Counted from the first letter of the stretch, positions 40,068 through 49,369 are shown. The stretch is DNA of 64,000 nt from a virus (IMGVR_UViG_3300035698_019240:1-64000); one strand, 5' to 3'. A program made the numbers and translations. The notes: generated by a model from the letters alone, not told the origin.

Positions 40068-40340
40068 ATGAGTACATTTATTGTTGAACTATTTATGACT
40101 ATATTAGGCACAATTGGTGCTTGTCAAATAATACCTCAATGTGTTAGGATACATCGTAGAGAAAAAAGTGATGATATTAGCTTTTGGACTATTGGTATTA
40201 ATATAATGTCCCAGTCAGTGTGGTTAGTGTATTCCTTTTGGAAATTTGTACCATGTATGATTATATCCGGTTCCGTTTGGTTAACACTTTTACTGATAAT
40301 GTTAGGATTGGTAGTGAAGCATAGAGGGGAAAATAAATGA
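40068..40340 (+). CDS. PQ-loop / SemiSWEET-like 3-TM protein (paralog)
   Basis: IIPQ...REKSDDIS...WLVY. Confidence 0.75.
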   Translation: MSTFIVELFMTILGTIGACQIIPQCVRIHRREKSDDISFWTIGINIMSQSVWLVYSFWKFVPCMIISGSVWLTLLLIMLGLVVKHRGENK

Positions 40341-40585
40341 AAAAATGGAAAGTAGGAGATAGGGTAGTACTGAATAACAACATTTATGGTGATAGTCCTA
40401 GTAACCCTTTTATAGACCAAACAGAAGGTACAATTAGAGAGGTTGATGATCCTTCTTTTTATGGTCAAAATATAGTAGTGGACTGGTTGAATGGTAGTCA
40501 TAATTGTTATTATTCTAGTGATTTAAAGGAAGTTGAAGAAAATATAATAGATGTTGATGAACTATTTTCGGAGATAGATATATGA
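40337..40585 (+). CDS. Tail-tagged small protein, family A
   Basis: Ends IIDVDELFSEIDI. Confidence 0.8.
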   Translation: MKKWKVGDRVVLNNNIYGDSPSNPFIDQTEGTIREVDDPSFYGQNIVVDWLNGSHNCYYSSDLKEVEENIIDVDELFSEIDI

Positions 40586-40797
40586 AGTTAAAAATTGGAA
40601 ACAGAGTGGCATGGTATGGAGATCAAAGTTTTACTCGTAAAGGAACAGTAAAGAATATATCAAATATTTCCAAGTTTCCTTATTTAATACTATGGGATGA
40701 TGGAAGTCGTGGATGGTACAGTGAATCATTTATAGTATTAATGGATGATGATAAAATTATGGATGTTGAAGAATTATTTAAGGAGATTGAGATATGA
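40582..40797 (+). CDS. Tail-tagged small protein, family A
   Basis: Ends [13 protein letters not shown]. Confidence 0.8.
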   Translation: MKLKIGNRVAWYGDQSFTRKGTVKNISNISKFPYLILWDDGSRGWYSESFIVLMDDDKIMDVEELFKEIEI

Positions 40798-41045
40798 AGT
40801 TAAAAATTGGAGATGAGGTAAAATTAATAACCAAAAAGCATGGTATTAGTAATAATAATCCTTACTGGCCCGATTATAAAAAAATAGGAACTATTGATCG
40901 TATACATAATACAGGGGGTCTGAATATTAGAGTTGTGTGGGAATTAGGAGGTATGTGTCATAATGTTTATAGTAGTTCAGATTTAGAATTGGTAGATGAA
41001 CCTATTATGGATGTTGAAGAATTATTTGGAGATATAGATATATAA
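40794..41045 (+). CDS. Tail-tagged small protein, family A
   Basis: Ends IMDVEELFGDIDI. Confidence 0.8.
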   Translation: MKLKIGDEVKLITKKHGISNNNPYWPDYKKIGTIDRIHNTGGLNIRVVWELGGMCHNVYSSSDLELVDEPIMDVEELFGDIDI

Positions 41046-41278
41046 TGCGGAAAGTAGGAGATAGAGTAAAATTAACAAGTATAGTTCACGGTATATCTGA
41101 TAGTAATCCATATTTTCTAAAATACAAAATCTTGGGAACCGTTTATAAAGTTTTAGGTTTAGAATGGACTTGTCCATTTAAAGTTAAATGGGATAATGGT
41201 ATAAAGAATGGATATAATTCATGGGATCTAGAAGACTCGGAATATATTATTGGTCTTGATGAGTTGTTTGAATTATGA
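41045..41278 (+). CDS. Family A small protein with degenerate tag
   Basis: Ends IIGLDELFEL. Confidence 0.75.
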   Translation: MRKVGDRVKLTSIVHGISDSNPYFLKYKILGTVYKVLGLEWTCPFKVKWDNGIKNGYNSWDLEDSEYIIGLDELFEL

Positions 41279-41448
41279 TGATTTGTCCCATGGCTGATAA
41301 ATGTATATGTTATACATGTACTCATAGAATACCTCATAAACACTGTGACGGTCTATCATGTTTAAGACATGTTGATAATAAATGGCCTCATGTTTGTATA
41401 CCACTTATCATTGATATAGATGATTTATTTTCTGATGTTGAAGTATAA
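41275..41448 (+). CDS. Family C small protein with divergent tag (57 aa, not in ORF track)
   Basis: Hand-translated MMICPMADKC...CTHRIPH...IIDIDDLFSDVEV*. Confidence 0.75.
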   Translation: MMICPMADKCICYTCTHRIPHKHCDGLSCLRHVDNKWPHVCIPLIIDIDDLFSDVEV

Positions 41449-41472
41449 ACCATATTTGAAATAAATGCTTTA

Positions 41473-41501
41473 TTTACATTTTGTTTATTTTATGTTAAAC
41501 T
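41473..41501 (+). promoter_or_regulatory. Early promoter
   Basis: TTTACA-N17-TAAACT with TG extension. Confidence 0.6.
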
Positions 41502-41527
41502 AGATATAGAATTTAAAGGAGAATATA

Positions 41528-41740
41528 ATGGGTGAAAAGTTATTAGATAATGGAGATCAATATTTACCAGAGCAGTATATTAAATACTGTGACAATTTAC
41601 AGGAAGACAGTGAGGTCACATGGGACGATTTTTTTGATCATGTTAATCTTTCAAGTGATAAGAGGTCAGACTTTCTTATAGCTGCTATATATAAACAAGC
41701 ACTGGAGACATTAAGTGTGGAAGTAGACTATCAAATATAA
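41528..41740 (+). CDS. Hypothetical protein
   Basis: AGGAG RBS. Confidence 0.6.
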   Translation: MGEKLLDNGDQYLPEQYIKYCDNLQEDSEVTWDDFFDHVNLSSDKRSDFLIAAIYKQALETLSVEVDYQI

Positions 41741-41976
41741 TGAGAAAAGGATTAAATATAAATTGTATTCATTTTAAAGGTCCTTCAAGTTGTCCACGAA
41801 AACCTAAAAGACTTGGATTTTTAATGGCTAAATGTCATTTGGCTAACGATCTTACAAAAACTTGTGCTATTCAGGAAAAATACCCAAGACCATCCCATCC
41901 ACCTCCACCTCCACCACCAAAGAGAGTTATCAGTGAAGATGTAGGTTGGAAATATATAAAGAGAAGGAAAGGATAA
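41740..41976 (+). CDS. Hypothetical Cys/Pro-rich protein
   Basis: Within operon. Confidence 0.55.
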   Translation: MRKGLNINCIHFKGPSSCPRKPKRLGFLMAKCHLANDLTKTCAIQEKYPRPSHPPPPPPPKRVISEDVGWKYIKRRKG

Positions 41977-42147
41977 ATGTGGATAGATGATAAAAGTGAT
42001 GGCTGTGTTTACGATACGGTAGACTGTGACCATAATTGTCTTGGATGTAACCATGGCTCTATGCAATGTACATCATGTGGACTTATTGTATATTATCCCG
42101 ATAATAAATGTGACTGTGGTCATGTTTTGGAAGACAGAGATTTCTAA

Positions 42148-42354
42148 ATGGAAGATTATGTAATATGTGATGCGTATGTAATTTGTGATTGGCATGGTAA
42201 ATGTCATCATAAAAAACCTCATATTAAAGATTCTATGTGTGATATCAATGGATGTAATTGTGTAGATGGAAATGTTAGTTGTTCTCCTGTAAACACTGTT
42301 GATATATTGGATAAAAATGAAGTGGATGAATGGTTCAGAGAAATAGAATTGTAA
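42148..42354 (+). CDS. Family C small protein with degenerate tag
   Basis: C..CHHKKPH; ends EVDEWFREIEL. Confidence 0.7.
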   Translation: MEDYVICDAYVICDWHGKCHHKKPHIKDSMCDINGCNCVDGNVSCSPVNTVDILDKNEVDEWFREIEL

Positions 42355-42383
42355 TTTACATAATTACATTTATATGATATAAT
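42355..42383 (+). promoter_or_regulatory. Early promoter
   Basis: TTTACA-N17-TATAAT with TG extension. Confidence 0.7.
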
Positions 42384-42409
42384 AAAAGGTGATAAAAAAA
42401 GGAGATTAA

Positions 42410-43342
42410 ATGAAGACAGCTGAAATTTTTAATAAGGCAATAGCAACAGGAATGGAGTTTGATCCTAGAGGTTTTAAAGAAGTAAGGAAGATTCTTGTAG
42501 ATACAAAAAAACAATGGGATAAACTTAAAGAAAAGGATAAGGAATATTTTGATACAGATAAATTATTGAATCCATATCCTGATTCAAGAATTCTATTTAA
42601 CTTAGAAGATGGTGTTTCAAATGTGAAGAAGATACTTGTTGGTATTGATCTTGAAGGTCCTGAATTACTTCTCGCAAGTCATATAGGTGTTGATTTGGCT
42701 ATAGCTCATCATCCAGAAGGTATGGGTTATGCAGGGCTTCCTGATGTTATGAGTATGCAAGCCGATGTTCATCATCAATTAGGTGTTCCTATCAGTACCG
42801 CAACAGGACTTATACGGCATAGACAAAACGAGGTAAGAAAAAGTATAATGGGGTCAAACTTTTCAAGACCTATTGATTTTGCAAGAATTCTAGGAATACC
42901 ATATATTTGTCTACACACTCCAGCAGATAATATGGTTCAGGCAAATGTACAGAGTACGATTGATAAAGCTTCTCCTGAAACCCTTGGAGATATAATTGAT
43001 ATTCTTCTTGAGTATCCTGAATATAAAAAAGGTAAGAAAATGGGAGAGGGTCCTGTTATTCATGTTGGTTCAAAATCTAATAAAGCCGGTAAAGTATTTG
43101 TTGAATTCACAGGAGGTACAAGTGGAAACAAAAACATTTATCAGAGGTTGTCTTATGCAGGTGTTGATACAATAGTTGGAATGCATATGGGTACTGAACA
43201 TGAAAAAGAAGTTAAAAAATATAACATGAATGTTATTATTGCAGGACATTATTCAAGTGATTCAATTGGTATTACAAAACTTCTTGAGCAGATTTTACCA
43301 AAAGATGTTGAGATAATAAAATGTTCAGGTTACATAAGATAA
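42410..43342 (+). CDS. NIF3 (DUF34)-like dinuclear metal protein
   Basis: ILVGID, AHHP, LHTPADN and AGH..SD motifs. Confidence 0.75.
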   Translation: MKTAEIFNKAIATGMEFDPRGFKEVRKILVDTKKQWDKLKEKDKEYFDTDKLLNPYPDSRILFNLEDGVSNVKKILVGIDLEGPELLLASHIGVDLAIAHHPEGMGYAGLPDVMSMQADVHHQLGVPISTATGLIRHRQNEVRKSIMGSNFSRPIDFARILGIPYICLHTPADNMVQANVQSTIDKASPETLGDIIDILLEYPEYKKGKKMGEGPVIHVGSKSNKAGKVFVEFTGGTSGNKNIYQRLSYAGVDTIVGMHMGTEHEKEVKKYNMNVIIAGHYSSDSIGITKLLEQILPKDVEIIKCSGYIR

Positions 43343-43343
43343 G

Positions 43344-43529
43344 ATGTCAAGGAGAAGGAAGAAACAAAAGCGTAATAAAGTAAGATGTGATAATCACGAG
43401 CTTTGTTTAATAAAAGATTGTTTTCACAGATTTTTTCATAAAGGATTTAAAGGCTGTAAAGAAAAGTGTCCATATTATGGTGGTGGATATAAATGTATGA
43501 CTGAGGAGGAAATGAATGGGAAAGTATGA
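43344..43529 (+). CDS. Cys/His-rich small protein (family C-like, untagged)
   Basis: C...C..DCFH...H...C...C. Confidence 0.55.
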   Translation: MSRRRKKQKRNKVRCDNHELCLIKDCFHRFFHKGFKGCKEKCPYYGGGYKCMTEEEMNGKV

Positions 43530-43725
43530 TGATAAAAAAATGACATATAGAAGTGAGGATCTTAGTAATACTCGTAAAATAAAGGTACAGAATATACTAT
43601 GTGACATTGCAAGTGAGATAACGGAACTCAAAGAAGTGGTGGATAGTTTTTCGAAAGCATGTGAACAACCACGACCAAAGCGTGAGAGTTGGTTTAAAAG
43701 ATTAATAAAATGGGGTGAAAGATAA
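43516..43725 (+). CDS. Hypothetical protein
   Basis: GAGGAGG RBS. Confidence 0.55.
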   Translation: MGKYDDKKMTYRSEDLSNTRKIKVQNILCDIASEITELKEVVDSFSKACEQPRPKRESWFKRLIKWGER

Positions 43726-43866
43726 TGGATATTGAAAGAAAAATAGAATTGGAAAATGTTAACACCGCAAAGCAGTTAGGAATGATAAGTACCGAAAAGG
43801 CTATTAAAATGAGAAAGAAAATTTATAAAAAAATATTTGAAGATGATATAAAAGAAGGAGAGAAAA

Positions 43867-44091
43867 ATGGTAGATGATTTTGAAGACTTAGAAACTATTC
43901 TAAGTAGAAACATGGAAGAGGAACTTAAAGATGCCATGGATGCTGGAATAATTGATATTAAAATCAATGGTAAAAAGGCTACAGATGTTGATATAGCTGT
44001 TGATGAGGATACAGGAGCAATCGTTATTACTAACGGTGATGGTGATACAACTGAAATTATAATTAATGGAACAGGAGAGCATATAATATAA
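43867..44091 (+). CDS. Acidic hypothetical protein
   Basis: AGGAG RBS. Confidence 0.55.
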   Translation: MVDDFEDLETILSRNMEEELKDAMDAGIIDIKINGKKATDVDIAVDEDTGAIVITNGDGDTTEIIINGTGEHII

Positions 44092-44093
44092 TC

Positions 44094-44324
44094 ATGAGTG
44101 TTAATAAAACTCTTTGTAGTAAATGCGATAATTTATTTTTTGTACGATTACAAGTACAATGGAGTAATGGTGGTAAAGGTAAGGTATCAGGATCATGTTT
44201 ATTACAACCAAATTTTTTTGAGAAAACTAAAAAAATTAAGGGTGTAATGTTCGATGGAAATGGATTACCAGTTATATTAAAATGTGGTAAGTTTAGAATT
44301 AAAAAAGGAGTAGTAAATGTTTAA
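44094..44324 (+). CDS. Hypothetical protein
   Basis: Within operon. Confidence 0.5.
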   Translation: MSVNKTLCSKCDNLFFVRLQVQWSNGGKGKVSGSCLLQPNFFEKTKKIKGVMFDGNGLPVILKCGKFRIKKGVVNV

Positions 44325-44553
44325 TGATATAATAGATGGTTCAACGGGACCATGGAAAAGAAATGGTAATAATGAATGGTATCATATTGATAATATGATT
44401 ATTAGATTATGTAAGAGATCATTGGTGATATATGACCTGTACTATAATGTTAATAAAACAAAAGTAGTTATAAGTAAAGTGATTGTAGGAAGAACGGAAG
44501 ACGAGGCTAAGGATAAAGCGGAAAGTTATTTAAAGAAAAGAAAAATAATATAA
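44317..44553 (+). CDS. Hypothetical protein
   Basis: AGGAG RBS. Confidence 0.55.
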   Translation: MFNDIIDGSTGPWKRNGNNEWYHIDNMIIRLCKRSLVIYDLYYNVNKTKVVISKVIVGRTEDEAKDKAESYLKKRKII

Positions 44554-44567
44554 GAAAGGAAAATACA

Positions 44568-44771
44568 ATGGATTGGAAGTTAGATACAGAATTAATAAAA
44601 ATGTTTCTTGAAGAATGTGGAACAGATGGTGATAAATGGGAAAGTAAGTTCAATAAAATTCCCAATGAAGAAAGACAAATAAGTTTTGATTTTATATGTC
44701 CTGTAGAGAGGAAAAAAATAAATCTCAAATTTGGTATAACCGTTAACAATGTTACACTTACGGAGGTTTAA
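44568..44771 (+). CDS. Hypothetical protein
   Basis: Within operon. Confidence 0.5.
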   Translation: MDWKLDTELIKMFLEECGTDGDKWESKFNKIPNEERQISFDFICPVERKKINLKFGITVNNVTLTEV

Positions 44772-44945
44772 ATGTTTTACATTCACGTAAAGAATTTTCC
44801 ACTATTAACACTTGATGAAATAAAAGAACAGATAAATATGAGAATAAATGGACTCAAGAATCAAAGAGGTACAGGTATACCAAGAAAAGATGTACTGATT
44901 TCTGAAATTACAACTTTAAAAAAATTATGGAGGAAAAAGAAATGA
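44772..44945 (+). CDS. Small protein, paralog of 23545
   Basis: Hand-translated; GGAGG RBS; LTLDEIKEQINMR. Confidence 0.5.
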   Translation: MFYIHVKNFPLLTLDEIKEQINMRINGLKNQRGTGIPRKDVLISEITTLKKLWRKKK

Positions 44946-45081
44946 CAACTATACTTATTATACTTATTATAATTACTATAGGTTCATCTATACACTTTTA
45001 CTATAAAGGACTAAAAAGGGGATATGATGACGGATGGAAAGACGCTGGTGGTGATAATATTCCAGAAGAGGAAAAGAATTA

Positions 45082-45912
45082 CTAACCAACAGTTTTTCCA
45101 TTTTCATCAACAACCCTTATAATACCACCTTTTTTAATTGTAGTTCTATAAAGAGGTGACATGTCAGAGAAACTTAAAGTTAATTCACATCTTGTTGGCA
45201 GTCCATTTATATATGGTTGTTGCCATGTAGGTTGTACAGAAGTCAGAGCCGCAAATTGACATATTATGAGTTCATTCGGATGTGTTTTTAATTCAAAAAT
45301 CCACGGAAGTTCAATACCTATATTCCAATCCCTAATTTCAGGTGAGGAATATTTCATAAGGTCTTTTACTGGTTCCACTACATCTAGAGAAGGATTACTT
45401 TGTGATATCAAATTAAAAAGAAAATTCCATTCTCTTCTTCCAGAACCTGTAAATGTTAAAGGAGAATCAATCTTTTCTGTAGGTACTTTTGTTGCAAGTC
45501 CATTTGATATTTCATTAAATGCGGATCTTGCCCCAGAACCTAATTCTTTCCTTTTGGCTGAATCTCCAAGGGTATTTTTAATATTTTTTCCTATGGTTTT
45601 TACATCCCTAACAGTTTTTGAAGCTGTGATAGCTTTATTGGCAAGTGAGTTGACCGTTGAGTTTTCATAAGGAGACCAATCATTTCTAATTGTTTCCTGT
45701 ATTACCTCAGGTGCTAAGAATTTAAAAGTTGGTCCTGTTTTACCTCTTGTTATTCCCCCACCTTTTGATAGAGTTGTTTGATATTTCAATTCTATTGCTT
45801 TCATTGTTATCCATAAAGCATTATCACCAAATGAACCTTGAGGAATTGTAGCACTTTCTTTTGGTCTTTGTATAGTTTGTGTTCCTGTATATGTAAAAGT
45901 ATCCTTGGCCAT
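45082..45912 (-). CDS. Baseplate tail-tube cap/initiator (gp48/gp54-like)
   Basis: F.G..RR.WNF.F.L...P.IF...ALTSV...G.P...ELTLSF. Confidence 0.7.
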   Translation of the reverse strand: MAKDTFTYTGTQTIQRPKESATIPQGSFGDNALWITMKAIELKYQTTLSKGGGITRGKTGPTFKFLAPEVIQETIRNDWSPYENSTVNSLANKAITASKTVRDVKTIGKNIKNTLGDSAKRKELGSGARSAFNEISNGLATKVPTEKIDSPLTFTGSGRREWNFLFNLISQSNPSLDVVEPVKDLMKYSSPEIRDWNIGIELPWIFELKTHPNELIICQFAALTSVQPTWQQPYINGLPTRCELTLSFSDMSPLYRTTIKKGGIIRVVDENGKTVG

Positions 45913-47798
45913 TAATAAGCTCCTTGTACAGCTAGTGATGTTATTATATTATCCACTTCATCAGGTATTGGTCTTTCACTATCACCACCACCTTGTATAT
46001 TACTTATAGCAGTTACAACTGAAACATTACCTTCTTGTGTCATTATTTCTGTTTTTTCCATAGCTTTTAATTGTTTTTCTTGTATCTTTCTATTCATATC
46101 TGATACATTTTTTTTATCAATTATACTGGATTGTATAACTACTTTTTTCATTTTATTTATTTCGGTAAAATCTGATTTTCTTTTTACCGATTGTGGTAAA
46201 TCAACAACATCTGCAGGTAAAACTCTTTCACCTCTATGTAGATTAACAAGTCCTGTTTTAACTATATCTCCACCTATTCTTCTACTTGGTATTTCTGTGA
46301 CTTCAAGCTCTCCTTCCTTTTTTACTTTTCCACCAAATCCAAACATTCCTTTTAATTTACCGAACATTTCTTTACCAGGAATAAGATCAGTAAAAAAATT
46401 AATAAGATTTTCAGTGGCGTCTTTGATAAGATCCAAGAATGAGAAGTCTTCCCACATAGTTTTTATTCCGTCTAAACCAGTTTTCAAACTATCAATAGGA
46501 TGAAAAAATACATCTAAGATTCCATGTATAAAAGATTCAGCTTTTTCTGTAACCAAATTTATCTTTTCAATAATGTGTTCCATTCCAAAATCAAGTTTAA
46601 CACCTTTTAAAAAATCTTCTCCAAATACTTTTCTTGAAAGCCATAGTAATCCATTACCTATCATTTCAGGTATTGCTAATATAGGATCTAATAATCCAGC
46701 TGACATACCGAGTAATTTATCTCTAATAGTATCACCTTGAAAAATACCTGTAACGGCCTTTACTATCATTTCTACAGGTAATAATACCTTACCTATTATT
46801 TTACCTACTGAGAAAAACTTTCCCATTTTTCCAAAAATCCCTGTAAATTTGGTAATGAATTTCATTGTAGATTCCACGAATTTACCTTTCATTAAATTAC
46901 CAGCTTTAGAGAATGTACCACTAACGGTCTTTGTAAATTTTGTAAGTGATTTTCCTATACTACGAGCCTTGAACTTATTCAGTTTGCCTCTCAGTTCCGT
47001 TATTCTATCAAATTTCCAGCCATGAAATGCTTCTTGCATCTTAAAAATTTTAGAGCCTATAATACCGTTACCACCAAACATACTTGTTATTTTACCAAGT
47101 TTTGTACCTACACCTGTTCTAAATTTTATTAATATTTTTCCAAAAGATTTATTAAACTTTGTCAGTGTTTTTCCAAAAACTTTGTTAAATTTAGTCATGG
47201 ACTTAAAGAATGGAGGAAAAACATCTTTGAACTTTGAAATATAACCTACTATAATACCTGAAAGTAATGCGCCTGTAAAAAGAAGATATTTAAACACACC
47301 ATCATCTTTAAATCCTTTATCACTTTGAAGATCCCATCTCTTTTGTTCCATTTTAAAATGATCTACAATTTGTCCAAGCATGGTATTTCTATTTTTATCA
47401 GTTTTAGATTCTTCCTCGTCATCCTCACCTTTACCAAACAATGCTTTTCCAATACCAACAGTCGATTTAAGTGAACCTATAGCAACACTACTAACTTTAG
47501 TTAATTCTGGACCTAATACATCAGATGTTTGAGAGGCGACCTCTCCAACAACTTTATCCATATCTCCCTTTATTATATTAGATATTGCTGAGGCTGTTGC
47601 TGACATTTCTTTACCAGCAACCTCTGCTACTTGTTTTCCAACTTCATCACCAGCCTTTTTAACATCATTTTTTATTACATCAGAAGTGTTGGAGAATTTT
47701 TTTAATATTCCACTAAAAAATCCTCTTGTTTGTTTCTGTGATGTCTCATTAGCTTGTTTTTGATTTTGTAGAATTTTTTCTAATTCTTCGTTAGCCAT
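45912..47798 (-). CDS. Putative tape measure protein
   Basis: Helical K/G/F-rich protein with GG...TG...LH.GE.VLP; follows the tube and chaperone genes. Confidence 0.6.
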   Translation of the reverse strand: MANEELEKILQNQKQANETSQKQTRGFFSGILKKFSNTSDVIKNDVKKAGDEVGKQVAEVAGKEMSATASAISNIIKGDMDKVVGEVASQTSDVLGPELTKVSSVAIGSLKSTVGIGKALFGKGEDDEEESKTDKNRNTMLGQIVDHFKMEQKRWDLQSDKGFKDDGVFKYLLFTGALLSGIIVGYISKFKDVFPPFFKSMTKFNKVFGKTLTKFNKSFGKILIKFRTGVGTKLGKITSMFGGNGIIGSKIFKMQEAFHGWKFDRITELRGKLNKFKARSIGKSLTKFTKTVSGTFSKAGNLMKGKFVESTMKFITKFTGIFGKMGKFFSVGKIIGKVLLPVEMIVKAVTGIFQGDTIRDKLLGMSAGLLDPILAIPEMIGNGLLWLSRKVFGEDFLKGVKLDFGMEHIIEKINLVTEKAESFIHGILDVFFHPIDSLKTGLDGIKTMWEDFSFLDLIKDATENLINFFTDLIPGKEMFGKLKGMFGFGGKVKKEGELEVTEIPSRRIGGDIVKTGLVNLHRGERVLPADVVDLPQSVKRKSDFTEINKMKKVVIQSSIIDKKNVSDMNRKIQEKQLKAMEKTEIMTQEGNVSVVTAISNIQGGGDSERPIPDEVDNIITSLAVQGAY

Positions 47799-47810
47799 AT
47801 ACTCTCCATA

Positions 47811-47848
47811 AAAAAAGGTCTAAAGAACTGTACGCCCTTTAGACCTTT
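47811..47848 (-). terminator. Stem-loop with U tract immediately before the tape-measure RBS
   Basis: Minus strand aaaggtctaaag...ctttagaccttttttt. Confidence 0.65.
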
Positions 47849-47884
47849 AAAGTCCGTTGAGTTGCCTCAAGTGTGGCTTATTTA

Positions 47885-48064
47885 CTATAATTCAGATTCC
47901 TCTTTCAAGTCATTTTTTAACATATTAATGTAAGCTTCTCTTTCAAAGTCTGGTAAATAACTACTTTCAGTAATACTTATACCCGCTTTTCGCGATAGAT
48001 AGTATTGTTCTTCCACAATAGTTTCAAGACTTACATTAGTAAACAGATTAACTAGACGAAAAAA
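47885..48064 (-). CDS. gp51-like tail/baseplate chaperone segment, probably made by -1 frameshift from 48052-48801
   Basis: -1 frame reads ...VSLETIVEEQYYLSRKAGISITESSYLPDFEREAYINMLK...; slippery T TTT TTC at 48064-48058. Confidence 0.65.
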   Translation of the reverse strand, partial: FFRLVNLFTNVSLETIVEEQYYLSRKAGISITESSYLPDFEREAYINMLKNDLKEESEL

Positions 48065-48801
48065 CCTTCAGTAGGTACATTCACCGTTTCCTTTCTCTTA
48101 CAATGGACACATTTAAAAATAAATTTAAATTCCATTCCAAAGTCATTATCTTTATGCCATTTTTTAACTTTATCATAACCGTCTGTTGGACAATTTTCTA
48201 AAAGAAATTGTTTGTCCAATAACTCTGGTGCTTCTTTACCTTTAGGTGTTTTTACAGATTCAATAGAAGCGGCATGTGTTAATATGGTCATTTCTGTATC
48301 TTTTTGTGTTTTAGTCATTTCATTATAACTTTCAATATTTTTAAGGGTTTCAAATGCTTCAATATTATGTTTCCTTTTTATATATACAAGTTTTACAGAA
48401 ATGTCTTTATCCACTTTTACCCATTGATCTACTTTTGTAGGTTTCTTAACCTTCATTTTACCTATATCAATAGATTGAAGTGTGTCAGATTTACACTTTT
48501 TATTATTACATGTATGTGTAAATGTATATTTACTTCCTTTTGTTCTTTTTCTTATTTCTACAAGAAGTTGAAATCTATCTTGTAAGTATAAATCCGTTAT
48601 ATCAAAATCTTCCGTTATGATAGCTGAGGACATTAGTTTATCTAATGCTTCCTCTATTACCATAGGATCGGTTTCACCTTCATATGTCAAAAGAGTTTTC
48701 AATTGACCGGTAGTGATGGGTTTAAATTTAACCTTTTTACCACTACCTGGTAAAACACAATCAAATTCATACACATTTAAAAATTCACGAAAATCACTCA
48801 T
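48052..48801 (-). CDS. Baseplate hub assembly protein (gp26-like)
   Basis: LP.SGKKVKFKP...LLVEIR....G...C..C; ends EGFFV. Confidence 0.75.
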   Translation of the reverse strand: MSDFREFLNVYEFDCVLPGSGKKVKFKPITTGQLKTLLTYEGETDPMVIEEALDKLMSSAIITEDFDITDLYLQDRFQLLVEIRKRTKGSKYTFTHTCNNKKCKSDTLQSIDIGKMKVKKPTKVDQWVKVDKDISVKLVYIKRKHNIEAFETLKNIESYNEMTKTQKDTEMTILTHAASIESVKTPKGKEAPELLDKQFLLENCPTDGYDKVKKWHKDNDFGMEFKFIFKCVHCKRKETVNVPTEGFFV

Positions 48802-48832
48802 TATTATCTCCTACAATTTTTTTTTATTTTTT

Positions 48833-49351
48833 TTATTCTATAGTATGATATTGATAACCAAATGTTATATCAAACTGTGCTGTATCATTTGAAGAATAAT
48901 CTAATGTAACAGCACCCAAAGTTTTTGGATAACTGTGATGAAGTTTATAATCTATTAATGATGCTCCATCCATGGATAAAAGCTGTAATCTTTGTACGGG
49001 TACCATATAATCATCTATACTACCATGTACATTTGTAACAGGATTATGTATTAGTGTTAACCAATTATTATATTTTTTTAAAATAGCAGCATCTTTATCA
49101 ACATTAAATGTAACTGTAAAATCTGCAAAAGTATGTTTACCTGCCATCTTGAAATCATATCCTTGCCAGTTCGTTGTTATATCTTCCAACGACATTTCTG
49201 GTAAAGTAGTACTTCGTACAAGATATGTAACTTTCTCACTTGTTAACCCTCCTGAAATAGCTCCAGGAAATGTAGGTAAGAAGTAGAAAAGGTACGCTCT
49301 TGCTCCGCCTTCAAAATTAGCTTTAAAACTTTCTATGTCAAAATTAGGCAT
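48833..49351 (-). CDS. Tail tube protein (gp19-like)
   Basis: GGAR..LF, K.AG..TF.D.TVTF, YP..LGA..LDY motifs. Confidence 0.9.
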   Translation of the reverse strand: MPNFDIESFKANFEGGARAYLFYFLPTFPGAISGGLTSEKVTYLVRSTTLPEMSLEDITTNWQGYDFKMAGKHTFADFTVTFNVDKDAAILKKYNNWLTLIHNPVTNVHGSIDDYMVPVQRLQLLSMDGASLIDYKLHHSYPKTLGAVTLDYSSNDTAQFDITFGYQYHTIE

Positions 49352-49369
49352 GTTTTTCCTCCTTAATTA

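Noticed and set aside
25410-41045. Tag identified as a beta-clamp (QLxLF), PIP-box or SSB-tail motif
   Set aside because: It lacks the conserved Gln and the terminal IPF; the resemblance is only general, so no partner is assigned.
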